A DNA stretch of 64,000 nucleotides, taken from the NCBI RefSeq assembly GCF_030028105.1, contig NC_092380.1, forward strand, positions 81,217,717 to 81,281,716. Direction: 5' to 3'. This stretch comes from Mobula birostris. Its lineage: Eukaryota. The translations under genes were made by a program, and so were the position numbers. Shown piece by piece: positions 1 through 13,149 of the stretch; position 1 is the stretch's first letter, and every line of letters begins with the position of its first letter. The notes beneath the pieces are model-generated. The model did not search any database, was not told where the DNA came from, and saw only the letters and a list, made by a program, of their open reading frames with translations.

Positions 1-246
1 GGAGTCAGGAAGAAATGATGCTGGACATGGACACAGGCTCTGGACGAGACAAGGACACCGGGCCTGGGCTAGGACTAAGACTAGGAAAGAGGGACCAGGA
101 CAAGGAATTTGGAGCTAGGAGCCTGGGCTAGGATTCCGAACCTGGGTCTTGACTCGGACTCGGACCCCGGATCTAGGCGAGGACAAAACGTGGCTACAGG
201 ACTGGCCGTGGAACTCCTGCACAGGACGAAAACACAAAACCTTGAC

Positions 247-377
247 TTGGACAGGATGAGGTTCTTGGACTAGTCTTGGACAAGACAAGATTCTTGGACG
301 TGGCTTGGACAGGACGAGGTTCTTGGACGTGGCTTGGACAGGACGAGGTTCTTGGATGTGGCTTGGACAGGACAAGG
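247..377. repeat. 29-bp tandem repeat, about 4.5 copies
   Basis: Unit TTGGACAGGACGAGGTTCTTGGACGTGGC repeated head to tail with few substitutions and no spacers. Confidence 0.9.
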
Positions 378-506
378 GAACTCCAGCACCAGGCTGGGTG
401 AGGTATCCTGGGCTGGGCAAGGTACTCCAGGGCAGGACATGGCTCTTAAACTAGATTTGGCTCGGCTCTTGGACTTGGCTGGGTTGGGCTCTATGGTACG
501 GTGCCA

Positions 507-670
507 GGACCCCCTCTTGGGCTCGGAGCCGGGACCCCTTCTCGGGCTTGGAGCCGGGACCCCTTCTCGGGCTCAGAGCCACTGGGACCCTTCTAGGGCT
601 CGGAGCCACCGGGACCCTTCTAGGATGAAGGGCCGGGATGCTTTCCAGAACACAGAGCCAGGACCCTTCC
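507..670. repeat. 25-28-bp tandem repeat
   Basis: GGACCC(C)TTCT(C/A)GGGCTCGGAGCC(AC)G units, about 5 copies. Confidence 0.85.
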
Positions 671-1554
671 TTGAACGCAGAGGCCGGGATGACTGCCAAG
701 GATATTTGACGTGGTCACTGCCGAGGATTCTGATGAAGTGGCAGACGAAGTTTGCAGGCGAGGATTTGGAAGGGTGGGGAAGGGAACAGTCCATGCAGGA
801 AATCCTTGGTTTGCCGAGGTATTTATGTGCCAGCCCAAAACAAGAATCAAGTGCCTCAATTAAGGCACCCAATGGAACAAAGGAAAACAGGAAAACCCGG
901 AATAAGGATCGATGAACCAGAATATGGATTTCATGGAATGGACCATGACAATAATAGCAAGATTGTTTCCTTTTTTCTCTGAGGTTTTTTTAATCTGCCT
1001 TTGATGGTCAGTTGATCTATATTTTAAGTTAGATTGTTGGTAAAACAAGATGCACTGAAATTTTTCACTTGAATGTTTTTGGTACAGGTTAAATGAATCA
1101 CAACTTCAATAAGTTCAAATATTTCAATATTTGCTTGATAAAGAAAGGTGAGGGTTTTCACATATGGAAACAGGAGCAAGAGCAGACTATTTGACCCTGC
1201 TGGCCGTGCTATGCAAAAATCTCATGGTTAATATTTACTTTTGCCTCAATATCACTTTACTGTGCTCATTCCCCATGTTATTGTTGTCAATCTCCATCTT
1301 GAATATATTCAGAATCTCTACCTTCACAGCTCCCTTGGTAGAAAATTATAAAAATTCATAGCCTCTCAGAGGTGAAATTCTTCCCTATATTTGCCTTAAA
1401 TGTGCAATTACTTATTCTGAAGCTATACCCCATAGTTCTACATATTACCATGAGGGGAAATAGCTTCTCTGCCAATACCCCCCAGAGTCTTAAATGTTTC
1501 AATGAAATTAGCTACTTTGTCACTCAACTCTGGAACACCTGAACAGCAAAGATG

Positions 1555-1803
1555 ATCATGATGCTCTTTATTAACTACACCTCGGCATTCAATACCATTA
1601 TCCCCTTCAAAACTAATCAATAAGGTCCAAGACCTTGGCCTCAATAACTCCTGGTGCAATTGCATCCTGGATTTTCTCACTTGATGACCCCATTCAGTTC
1701 GGATTGGCATTCAGTTCCATCAGCATAGGTGCACCATAAGACTGTGTGCTTGGCCCGCTGCTCCACTTGCTTTAAAGGACAGTATGGCTAAGCACAGCTC
1801 CAA
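1555..1803 (+). mobile_element. Rex/Babar-type LINE RT fragment
   Basis: ATGCTCTTTATTAACTACACCTCGGCATTCAATACC = MLFINYTSAFNTIIP; same motif as the RT ORF at 9927-10409. Confidence 0.7.
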
Positions 1804-4671
1804 GATTGATGCACCTGATTGCACAACAGATAACTGGATATTGTATGCTGAGTGGATCAAGTAGTATTTTGAAGCAAATGAAAACCAACTTGTAGTCTTG
1901 CTGAGTGCGTTGGGTTGGAAAGCACAGTTTGCTTAGAAGTTTGATTGCTCCAACCAAGCTTGCTGAAATGAGCTTTGCTGATATCATGAAAGTAATGCAG
2001 GAACAATTGGAATTAAACCCATTGTTGAATACAGGGCACTTTAAGTTTAATTAGTGGAATCAAAAGGAAGGAAAGTCCATTTCACTATACATGGCTGAAT
2101 TGAAGTGACTGGCTGAACATTGTCAGTTCAGTGTAGGACTTAATAGACTGAGAGATTGTTTAGTTTTTGAATCTTTCAAAAAAGCATTCAAAAATGGCTC
2201 CTGACTGAAGCACAATGTACATTTAAATGAGCAGTTGAAATAGCTGTATCTATGGAAACAGCAGAAAGAGGTGCAATTGAGTTGCAGTCAGGAATGAAAG
2301 TGGGTGTGAACAAAGTTGTAGTGTCTAAGCAGAAACCAGCCCAGCCTAATAAGTTGTGTTACTGTTGTGACAGGGGCTTGCATACACTAGACAAATGCCG
2401 GTTTAAATGCTAACCAAAATGCAACAAAGTAGGACACATACAAAGAGCATGTTGGGCAGTCAAAAATAATGGACTGCACGGGGAAGAGAAAAAGATTAAA
2501 ATGTCAAGTTGCAGTTTCAAAAAGAGCACTAATCTACAGGCTAGTGATGAAAAAATCTGATAATGATGAGGTGACAGAGAAATAAGTCGCCTTGAGATTT
2601 ACATTGTGAAAACTGACAACAGACAAGCAATATGGCTTCACCACAAACAAACAGTTAGTAAATTAAAATGGAATTGGGCACTGGCTCAACTGTTTCAGTC
2701 GTACCACAAAATGAGCTTGAATGGCTCAAAGATCCTAAACTGAAGCCTGCAGATATCTAGCTAAGAACTTATATTGGAGAAAAGATGATTCCTGAGGGAG
2801 TAACGTTCGTAACAGTAAAATACAACAATAAATAAGCCAGATTGGGCTTGTATGTGGTAAAAGCAGGAGGACCAACATTGTGGAGACGTGAGTGGCTAAG
2901 ACAACTACAACTTAATTGGAGATCTATCCACCATTTCCATGCCACATCCCTTGCAACAGAGTCAACTGAGAGTGAATTAAGGTACTGGAAAATGCCACAG
3001 CAGTGTTTAAGGATGATATTGCAAAATGCAAACATATCAAGGGTAAAATAGTGTTAAGTAAAAATCCACACCCAAGTTTTTTAAAGCTCCTCCGGTTCCT
3101 TATACCATCTGTGATAAAGTAGTCAGTGAGCTAGATCGCATAGGGTCAGAAGGAATTCTTTTCAAGGTTGAGTGGAGACCCTAGGCAACATCAGTAGTCA
3201 AGAAGAATAGGTCTGTCAGGATCTGAAGTGATTTTAAGGTCATTATTAACCCAATACAGTAAGTAAATCAATACCCTCTTCCCAGGATAAAGGATATCTT
3301 TGCAACCCTTTCCGGAGCTAAACACTTCAGCAAAGTGGACTTAGAGGACCTCCTAACAATGGAGATGGAAGAAGAGTCCACAGTGTTTCTCAGCATAAAC
3401 ACTCACAAAGGGTTTATCATTATACAGTACTAGGTTTATTTTTAGAGTGGCATCTGCACCTGCACTCCTGCAGTTAGCTATGGACCAGGTGCAGCACGGC
3501 TGTCCATGCACTCAGTGCTACTTGGATTAATCATTGTTACTGGTGAAGATGACAAGGAACATCTCCAAAATTTCAAGATAGCATTAAAAAGATTAAAAGA
3601 TTTTGAGCTCAGAGCACAACATGACAAATGTGAATTCTTTAAGCCAAGTATCACTTACTGTGGCCACACCATTGACACACAAGATTTACCCAAGTGTGCT
3701 TAGAAAATTCAAGCAGTGATGGATGCCCCAGGACCAAAGAATGTGTCACATTTGTGGACTTTTTTAGGATTTGTCATTTCAGGTTCTTGTTAAACCTGGC
3801 CCTTGAACTCATTACTGCAGATCAGGAAGAAATGGCAATGGAGAAAGCAGAGTGCGGTGACTTTTCACAAGATAAAGAAAATGGTGACGTCAGATGCTGT
3901 ACTCACGCATTATGATTCACATTGTCCAATGAGGCTTGTAATGCATCTTCAGGATTCCCAGTAGAAAGGTGTCCAGAGCTGTCAGAACCACTACTTGCAG
4001 TCCCAAAGTCAACTACTACAACCACAACGGAGAAGGCCCTGGAACATGGGACTGTTTCATGGACACAATTCTCACTTGCCAGGCAGAGTGACCCCTCCTT
4101 CTCTATTGTCAGGAAAGACATTACCCCCTCCCACAAGAGTAAGGAATCCTCCACAGCAATTAAATCTTAAATTAGGTCTGAATGGGACAATTTAAAATTG
4201 GGGTAGGGGGATCATGGTTGGGAAAAGGTTAAGGGAACGGAGAGGAAGCGGGAAGCACTAGAGAGACATTCCATAATGATCAATAAACCAATTATTTGGA
4301 ATCAAATTACCTTGCCTGATGTCTGCACCCTTGCCCCCCACCCCCTGGCCCTGGTACTCCTTCTATGCCGCCTGTCCTAACCCTTCCCGTGGCACTCCAC
4401 CCTCACCTTTCCCAGCATCGTTTGCTCCCGCCAGATTTACAAGCTTGCCGTCTGCTCCACATTGGCAAATGCAATACTGTGCAGAAGTTTTAGGCACTTA
4501 GCTATATAGATGTATCTAAGACATTTGCACAGTACTATGTGTGCATGTGTATATTGCATACGTCATGTCTATGCTTCTCGATTAAAGTAAAAACAAATCC
4601 AAGATACGTTATTTCTGGCTCCATGCTTTCCTTTCAATTAATCTTATGTTTTTGAGTTACAAAACATAACA
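1804..4671 (+). mobile_element. Degenerate Gypsy LTR retrotransposon (copy A): gag, protease, RT, then an internal deletion and a 3' LTR remnant
   Basis: Gag-like NWILYAEW..YFEANE; zinc-knuckle remnant near 2355; protease IKMELGTGSTVSV (decayed DTG) near 2665; RT QCYLD-IIVTG...KCEFFKPSITYCGH at 3500-3690. RNase H is truncated near 3945. An LTR-like end with ATTAAA finishes at ...CATAACA (4671). Many stops and frameshifts. Confidence 0.85.
4472..4537. mobile_element. Tiny Tc1/mariner-like MITE hairpin
   Basis: TACTGTGCAGAAGTTTTAGGCAC ... GTATCTAAGACATTTGCACAGTA form inverted repeats (18/23 match) around a ~14-nt spacer. Confidence 0.6.
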
Positions 4672-5731
4672 ATTTGGCTGCTGTGCACTCAGTCCCTTCA
4701 TTCAAATTTAATAGCACTTGACTAATTATTGATTGTCATTTCAAAAGTGACCCATATCGTTGTACTATCTGTTTTCTGTTAATTTCCTGTCTTCCTATGG
4801 CTGCCGGTGAACTTCCCACACCCCTGTGCACCACAGTGATATGCCAAACAGGCATAGACCTGGGTATTTTGGCTTTTTTAAATTTACCGCTTTTTTAAAA
4901 CTTTTACTTTCAGTTATTCTTTCTTCCTCCTGAACAGAATTTCATTTCTTTATTCCTAATATCTTTGCCAGATTTGATATTGAGCTTGCCCAATCTAAAT
5001 TAGCTAGCTTCTTGTTCTTTCTTCAGTTTCTGTTGTGGTTCTTAACACTCATGGAGATGCATGCTTGCTGTGTAGTTCACCACTCTGAAATAGCCCTTGC
5101 TGTGTTGCCATCAAATGCCCTTACAGGCCAAAAGATTTTGATCTGAACAATGTAGGAAATTCGCATACAGCAAGACATGGCCTACTCCAGCAAATTCCAG
5201 ATGTATACATAAGACTTTGCTACACAGTATATTGTTGGCAGATTGCTTTACTGATATAATGTAAGTGTTTTCAGCTTCCTCATTTGGTTGATGCTTGAGA
5301 TTCACTGTTATGGAAGCTAATAAGGTTTTCAACTTATTTGACATGCTATTCTGTTTTTTTAATGTGAACATGGTTCTCTGTATCTTCATTATATTTTAGT
5401 CTTTTGCAGATCTCTAAATTAGTGAGACTTTTGAGAAGTTTTAGACAGATTCAAACTTGCCTTAGTACGATTGTATCTCAATAGAACAGGTAGATTTTTA
5501 CCTTAAGCAATGCCCAGCCATAACTAAGTGTTGGAATGCAGAACTGATAACCCAAGCTGGTACTCATGTCTGCTTGAACTCATTTCCTGTTGCAGCAGAT
5601 TTAAACACCCAATCCCAAGTGCAGATTTGGATGCAATTGCTTCTTTTTTTTACTACAAATGTATCCTAATGATTCTGTCATTATCCTCTGCTATACATAA
5701 AACTCTGCCTGTATTAACCAATGTTGGCACT

Positions 5732-8676
5732 TGTAATGTATGGATCTATTTCTTGCGGAGCAATGACCTGCCCCACCGGACTCCCCTGTTAGCACTATGT
5801 ATTGATCTGTGTCTGTGCACGCGTTGTTGTCTACGCCTGCGCATTGTTCTCTCTCTCTCTCTCATTGCAAACTGACTACATCAGTTAAAGCCATCTCCCG
5901 CGTGCATGCTTTTTTTAATCAATACGTAGTTGTGTGTAGACATAACATATTGACAACGGGTACGAACCTGAATGTCAGAAAATGTCACGAACTGCACCAA
6001 CAGTTACAGCATGGTTACAGGACAAAACAGCGAAAGTTAAACAGTGGAGAGAAGGTTGTCATGGACGCTAACAAAGGTGTGAGAATGGTGCCTAGTAACA
6101 GTAAAAGACATGCGGAATTTAAAGTGAAAATAACGCAGCAATGGCTTCATTCGGGAAAGTTGATGAATTTGATAATGCCAATGAAGTCTGGGAGTCATAT
6201 TTCAACAGGGTTGAACTGTATTGTTACGTGAACAATGTGGAAGAGCAAAAGAAGCCCCTACACTTCTTAGCTTAATAAGCCCAAAAATGTACAGTCTCTT
6301 ACGCAATCTAGTAACTCCTGACAAGCCAGCAAGCAAGACATTCAACCAAATCTTTACAATTTTACTAAGTCACTTGAGCCTTAAACCGCTGGTAATACCT
6401 GAGTAATTTAGATTTTACAAAAGGAGCCAGTCAAAAGAATACTTTGCAGAACTGTGCAAACTTTCACAGTACTGTGACTTTAGAGATAGACTTTGTATGC
6501 ATTAAGGGACAGGTTCGTATGTGGCATGTATAGTTAAAGCACCCAAAAGAGGGTACTATCTAAAAGAGACCTAACCTTAGAACGGGCATTGACCATTGCA
6601 TTATTGTTAGAGACTGTAACAAAGGATGCAGCAGAACTACAGAAAAGGAGGTTAGAATGTGAAATGCACAAAATGTCCCTGAGTGGCACAAAAAGCCAAA
6701 AACGTTATCGATGTGACACATCCTCCCATGGTGCAAATGACTGTTAGTTCAAAGAAGAAGTAGGCAGAAAGTGTCACAGACAAGGTCGCATAGAGAGAAT
6801 GTGCAAGGCAGACAAAAAGCACAACTGAGGGAAAAGTCTCAAACACAAAGCTAAGCAAATGCGTAAAGTTACCGAATGTAAAACAGAATCAGACAACATA
6901 GAGTCTGACAGAGGTGAACTGTCATGCCTATAACTGCAGAGTATAACTGAAGCAGATCACAGAATTATCTGGATCACAATAGATGTATCTGGTGTAAAAC
7001 TGAAAATGGAGCAGGATACAGGGTCAGCTTTGTCCATAATTCCGGAGGCTGACTACAACAGACTGTTTTCTAGGATAACATTGGAGAAGGCCTTAGAGAT
7101 GCTAAACACCTACACAGGTGAAGAAGTATCTCCCAAAGGCAAACTGAAGATAAATGTGACGTATGGAGGCCAAACACAGCAATTAGAGATTTATGTATTG
7201 AAAAGTGGAGGGCCAACACTTTTCAGATGTGAATGGTTGAGAAAAGCCCAACTAGATCGGCATTTAATCAAAGCTCTCAGTGTGGAATCAACTGGTAACT
7301 GCGGCCCAAATGGTAGCACTAACCAAAGACTACCACGGTTGCTTAATGCTAATCAGAAGGTGTTTGAGAAGGGAATAGATAAACAAATCGAAGACTTAGC
7401 TGAAAGATGCCAACAAATTCAAAATGCACCCCCATGGGCAGCGTTACACCCGTGAGAGTGGCCATCTTCACCATGGCAAAGAATACATATTGACTTTGCT
7501 GGGCTATTCAAGGACTCTCATGTTTCTGATTGCTCTGGATGCTCATTCGTAGTGGCTGGAGGTTATACCAATGAAGTCTGCCACCTCGGCAAAGACTGTC
7601 TGCACGCTGAAGACTTTCTTCGTCAGAAATGGCTTACCAGAAGAAACTGTGTGTGACAATGGACCACTGTACACGTCAGAAGAATTCTGACTGTTCATGT
7701 AGAAAAATGGCATCAGACATTTCAAGTCAGCTCCTCACCACCCAGCGCTAAATGGGTTAGCTAAAGGGTTTATTTAAACCCTGAAGAAATCCATTAGAAC
7801 GATGGACAAGGAGGTCATTTCTCTACAGCACAAAGCGGACAACTTTCTTTTTGTGTATCAGATCTCTGCTCATGCGATGACAAATCAAACACCTGCAATG
7901 CTGTTCATGAACAGGAAACTGAGATCTCATATAGACCTCCTGAAACCAGATCTATAGAGGGAAGTGCAGAATAAACAGTTCAGCTAGTTGCCAAATGAAC
8001 CAGCAAGGAGCTTCAAGATTGGACAGGAAGTCCTAGTGTGTGATTTCTGAGAAGACAAGTGGAAGCCTGCTAGGATAGCTACAAGAACTGGAACACTGAT
8101 GTACACAATGGATGTTGGAGATCAGACATGGAGATGTCATGAGGACCAGATACTGGATGCTGAACCGAAGAACACACCTAGGTCGACTGCATCCAACAAG
8201 ACGGACACATTACCATCACCAGACTTACCTCGCGACGATGATAGCAACGTGACATGGGAAAGCAAGAATGTTGTCTTAGACAAGATACCTATCAAACTGA
8301 TGCCAATCCACAGGTTCAGAGACGCTATTGTGAAAGAAACGGAACGCCATCCAAACACTGAACTTTTAGAATTGTGAAGTTAGTTATGGATTGTGAAAGC
8401 ATGTTTATTTGGAATATGGGTTTATAAAAGAGAAATTAAATGTTTTGTACATATACAGTTTTATGTTGCATTAATCTAAAGGGGGAGGATGTGTAGTGCA
8501 TGGATCTATTTCTTTTAGAGCAATGACCGCCCCCCCCTTAGCACCACGTATTGATCTATTGTCTGAGCATACGCATTGTTCTCTTTCTCTCGATGCAATG
8601 TGAATATACCAGTTAAAGCCATCTCCCGTGTGAAAGCTTCTATTTAGTCGATATGAGGTTGTGCGCAGACACAACA
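5732..8676 (+). mobile_element. Gypsy provirus (copy B) with both LTRs, RT and RNase H deleted
   Basis: 5' LTR 5732-5947 (TGT...ACA), 3' LTR 8492-8676, PPT AAAGGGGGAGGA at 8478-8489, 5-bp TSD GCACT/GCTCT. Gag ~6150-6850; protease MEQDTGSALS at 7006; integrase core (RIHIDFAG...DNGP) ~7480-8000. Confidence 0.92.
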
Positions 8677-9398
8677 GCTCTGGTGTGTCACTCAAGAAAG
8701 GCACAAAAATCTTCTGATTCAGCATATCTTTATAGCAGCTGTTTTGAACTTTGCTGTACCCGGCACTTCATTTGTCCAATGTTGTTTGATAATAAATGCC
8801 TGGGAACATGTGGATTATCTTCATAATCATTCTCTCATCAATGTCTAAGACACGCTTGAATAGCAGTGATGTGAAGATTGCTTTGATATGCTTTCAGTAG
8901 TTTGATACAATCAGACCTCATTATAAAATCTCTTGGGAATTTTCAACAGGATGTAACCTGGGGCAGGAGAAGTTGCCCTTTATACTTCAAAAGTTCAATC
9001 TCTTTCTCTGTGGCATCTTTTTTTCCCAAACCTAGAACCAAGTAAATTCTGTGGTTCTATCCCACGTTTAATTTTAGTACGTAACTGAGGCATTCTTTGA
9101 TGAGTACACTTATTCATCTTAAACATTCCCTTAGTGCTGAAGATGATTTGATTCTAGACCAGAGCTGTTGATTTTGAAGTGGCTGATAAGACCAATATGG
9201 GGAGCATAGACTCTCCCACAGATGAAGAAAGAGGTGAACTTCAGGATGGTGGGTGGGTTGTTGGGAGGTGGTTTTGGATTTTCCTCTGTTTACATGGGTC
9301 TTCAATGTGTTTACAATGCATAGTCTCCAGCTTCTCAATGCCACACTGTATACAGTTATGGGCTAGAGATTCCCAACAGTTAATGTGGATGTTGCATT

Positions 9399-10470
9399 TC
9401 AGAATCAGATTTATTATCACTGTCTTATATGACATGAAACTTGTTTGCTTGCAGCTGTAGTAGAGTGCAAAGAGCTAAAATTACTATAAATAGCGCAAAC
9501 AAAAAAGGAATAATGAGGCAGGGTTCATGGGTTCATGGGTTCATGGAGCATTCAAAATCTGATAGTAAGAAGCTGTTTATAAATCATTGTGTGTGGGCCT
9601 TCAGACTCCTGTACTTCTTCCCTGATGCGGTAGTGAGAAGACGGCATGTCCCAGATGAGGCTCTTTCATGATGAATGCCACATTCTTGAGGTGTCACGGC
9701 TTGAAGATATCATTGATGATGGGGATGATTGAGTTCATGATGGAATTGGCTGTGTCTGCAGCCCTCTGCAGTCTCTTGCGATTCCATGTGCTAAAGTGTC
9801 CATATCAGGTGCAACCAGTCCGAATGCTCTCCACTGTATATCTGTAACTACTCAAACTGCTGGTGTACCTTCTTCATCATTGCATCAATGTGTAGAGCCA
9901 GGACAGATCTTTTGAGATGCTGACACCTAGGAACTTTCCCTTTTCACCACTGATCCATCAATGAGGACTGGTGCATGTTTTCCTGACTTCCCCTTCCTGA
10001 AATCCAAAATCAATTCCTTAGGCATGCTGATGTTGAGTTCAAGGTTGTTCTTGTGACACCAGTCAACCTCTGTCTCACTCCTGTATACTTTCTTGTTGTT
10101 ATCTGAGATCTTACCAATAGTAGTGTTTCCTGCAAATTTATACATGGCATTTGAACTGTGATTAGCCACACAGCCATCAGTGTAGACAGCAAAGAGCAGT
10201 AGGCTAAGCATGCATCCTTGAGGTGTATCTGTGTTGATTGTCAATGAGGAGGAGATGTTATTACTAATCGGCACTGACTGTGGTCTCCCGATGGGAAAGT
10301 TAAGGATCCAGTTGCAGAGGAAGGTACAGAGGCCCAGGTTTAGAAGCTTGGTTATTGATAATGAGGGGATAGTGGTAATGAATGCCAAACTGTAATCAAT
10401 AAACAACAACCTTACTTAAATTTTGCTGTTGAATACGTGCTCCAAAGCAGAATGAGAGCCAGTGAGATTT
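9399..10470 (-). mobile_element. Rex/Babar-type LINE, 3' part with RT
   Basis: ORF 9927-10409 reads LFIDYSLAF...[11 protein letters not shown]...KFAGNTT (decayed FADD). AATAAA and a GATTCT-type tail lie on the minus strand at ~9400-9415. Confidence 0.85.
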
Positions 10471-11023
10471 CTTCAAAGAGTTTTGAGCACTTCCAGACTA
10501 AGGGCTCAAACTAAGCACCTCTTTTAAGCGTTATAAGAGCACCATGCTTTCAGCCCATAGCCCAAGAGTCATGAATGATTCTAACAACATGATTTATTTA
10601 ATTGCAAGCAAGTAGCAGAGTTGCATTCACATTAAAGAAGCTGTGAAACGATGTTGTTTATTGGAAAGGCTGGCAAAGCTGAAGGCATGTCTGTCTGTCT
10701 GGGATCATCACATCATATAATTGCAGTCTAAAGAATAGGGTGTGACTGCTTTATCTCCCTCATAACCCACAGACGTTGATGCATCGCTGTGCATTTATAT
10801 CTTCTGTAAACTAAATGGGGAAATATTGCAACCAGGAATAGATATTCCATTACAAGGGAGTATTTAAGATTTCATTCATTTTCTTTTCGAAAAGAAGGCT
10901 GGGGAGTAGTTAAGTGGTTTGTGATGAACGTATTCTGTCCTGTTCATGGATTTACTCAATACCATGTTTGCTTCTCTAGAAGTAAGTATATTACATTTTT
11001 AAAAAATTTTTCCTTTATTAAAG

Positions 11024-11323
11024 CGGTGGTCCCCAACCTCCGGGCTGCGGACCGATACATTGCCGCGAAGAATGCAGCAGTACAGCGGTAGCCAGAACGC
11101 ACCCAGCACACCTTTAAGAAAAAGCCGAAATAAACATGCTAATTAATTAGGTGCATTGCCTCTAATCTGGGCCGACATTTACGTGCCGGGCGGCACCCAA
11201 TTAATTATTTTGTTTATTTTGCTTTTTTCTTAAAGATGTGCTGGGTGCGTTCCGACTACCTCTGCATTCCTGCATGCTTCACGGCAATGTATTGGTCCGT
11301 GGCCCCGAGGTTGGGGACCACTG
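11024..11323. mobile_element. hAT-type MITE, 300 bp, largely palindromic
   Basis: TIR C(G/A)GTGGTCCCCAACCTC; 8-bp TSD TATTAAAG/CATTAAAG; inverted symmetry continues for over 100 bp inside. Confidence 0.9.
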
Positions 11324-13149
11324 CATTAAAGGATATCAGTATAACATTTTATTATTTTGGTTGACACTCACTGAGAAGCCACGTGAAACAAGAAGTTATA
11401 TTTATCCAGCAAAAGGATATGAGGGCCATCCTTCAGAATGATTTGCATGTGATTTCAAAGTGGTTATGTCACCTGCAAGACCAACCTTTATTCCCCTATC
11501 CTGTGTACCCTTGGTGATAACTGAATGGTTTGGTAAGCCTCTTTAGAAGTCACCCATATCAATGTGAAATGAAATTACCAATATCTCAGCCCACTTATAA
11601 TATTTTATAGCAAACAAAAGTTTTTAAACACTTTTCCTAAAAGCCAAATTACGTGCCAATGATGTGGCTTTGAGCTCATATTCTATGGATTAAACTTTCC
11701 AGATTACTTCCCTGTAACATTCCTGATTGCATCATTGCAACTCTTCAATTTCTGGCATCCATGCTCTATGCCATTCCATGTCATTATCCTGGTGGAATAT
11801 ATGGAAGATTATCTCTGAAGTTTAAGCAATAATCCAATGAATGAACATTCACGTCATTGAACGTATTTGAACCAAGTTGTTGGACTGCCTTCCAGGTCTC
11901 ACAGCATCACCTACTTGTAGGGATGCCAGCTCAGGTCAGCACTGCAAGGAGTCTGAGCAGCATAGTTTAGGAAGGTGAGGGCTGGAACATTACAGAGAGC
12001 TCAGCCCCACAGTAAAAGCACTCAGGATCAGACTGCAGTGAGCTAATAGGTTGGCAACTGAGATTAGGCATGAACTTTAAATAGAGTGCCAACATACAGG
12101 AAAGGCAATAACTGCCAGCAATTATGGATGTGATTCCCTGCATGGCTGAGGAAAATCTGCCCCAATTCATGCCAGATCTTTACTGGAATTTAACAAAACT
12201 CTACAGTTCTGTAAAAGTAAGTAGTACAGGCAATTTTATATCATTTTAAATATCATTAAGTTAAATAACAAAGACTTTTATACTATGAAGCAATATTTTA
12301 GAAAGAACAGTAGTACAGCAAGCATTCAAAATTGTAAATAACTATTTTCACCTTAGAAATAATAAAAAAACAAAAAATATAATACTAAAGGATGAGATCC
12401 CATTAGCTATGGCTTTTTGGCCAAAGTGATGACTGTATTTTGAAGCTACTAATTTAAATTAAGAAGGCTAAAGGAACAGAAAAGAGGAGCTAAGGGTGAT
12501 TAGAATTGTACAGAAACAGGCACTTTAACCTACCTTATTTATGCTAACCTTTTTGTTCATTTACACTAATCCCATTGTCCCACATTGGGATGGTATCCTT
12601 TTAAACCTTGCCCATTTAAGTATCTGTCTAAGTACCTCCTCAGCATAGTAATGTACCTGATTTCAGCAGGTGTTCTAATGTACAGAAACAAACTACAACA
12701 AATTCAGAGTGTATCACATTATAGCACACCTAGTATTCACTTGCAAGGGAAACTACCTCCAGAGATTATGTTGGAGAACAGCTTCGATCTTGTATCTCAA
12801 AGCACTTTTATACTTTTTACAGAGAACAGTAATTAGGTTGCTGTATTCCATAACATTCTTCTATTATCTTGTTCTGATATCTGTTGTTCAGAAGCTGCTT
12901 ACCACTGTTGTCAAAACATCCACTGTCATAAAAAATATACAGCTTCCTCTCATAACATACACACACACACCCATAAAACACATGTAAGCTCCCATCTAAA
13001 CCAGCAAAGCACCTTAGGATTTCGTAAGTTCCATTTTGTCACATTGTCTTTTACAAAAGTTACAAATTCATAAAGACTTCCGGATTACAGATATATTGCC
13101 GCAAAACTATAGGCTTGAACCACTAGCTCTCTCCACTTCCCAACATTCT

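Larger units (their letters stand above)
1..950 (-). mobile_element. Terminus of an LTR element (probably Gypsy-type) running off the window start
   Basis: Ends in GGACCATGACA at 950 (TGT start on the minus strand). The same terminus and a similar ATTTATG...GAATCARGTG motif occur in the solo LTR at 53564-54047. GC-rich with internal tandem arrays. Confidence 0.6.

Noticed and set aside
247-670. Short repeated units resembling a CRISPR array
   Set aside because: Units are contiguous with no unique spacers, no cas genes are present, and the context is a vertebrate LTR.
115-915. ORFs 115-420 (-) and 334-915 (+) as genes
   Set aside because: Open only because of GC-rich tandem repeats; no recognisable domain.
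10940-10987. GTAAGT donor at 10982 as the upstream BRSK2 micro-exon
   Set aside because: The preceding sequence does not encode an SPHYACPEVIR-like peptide in any frame.
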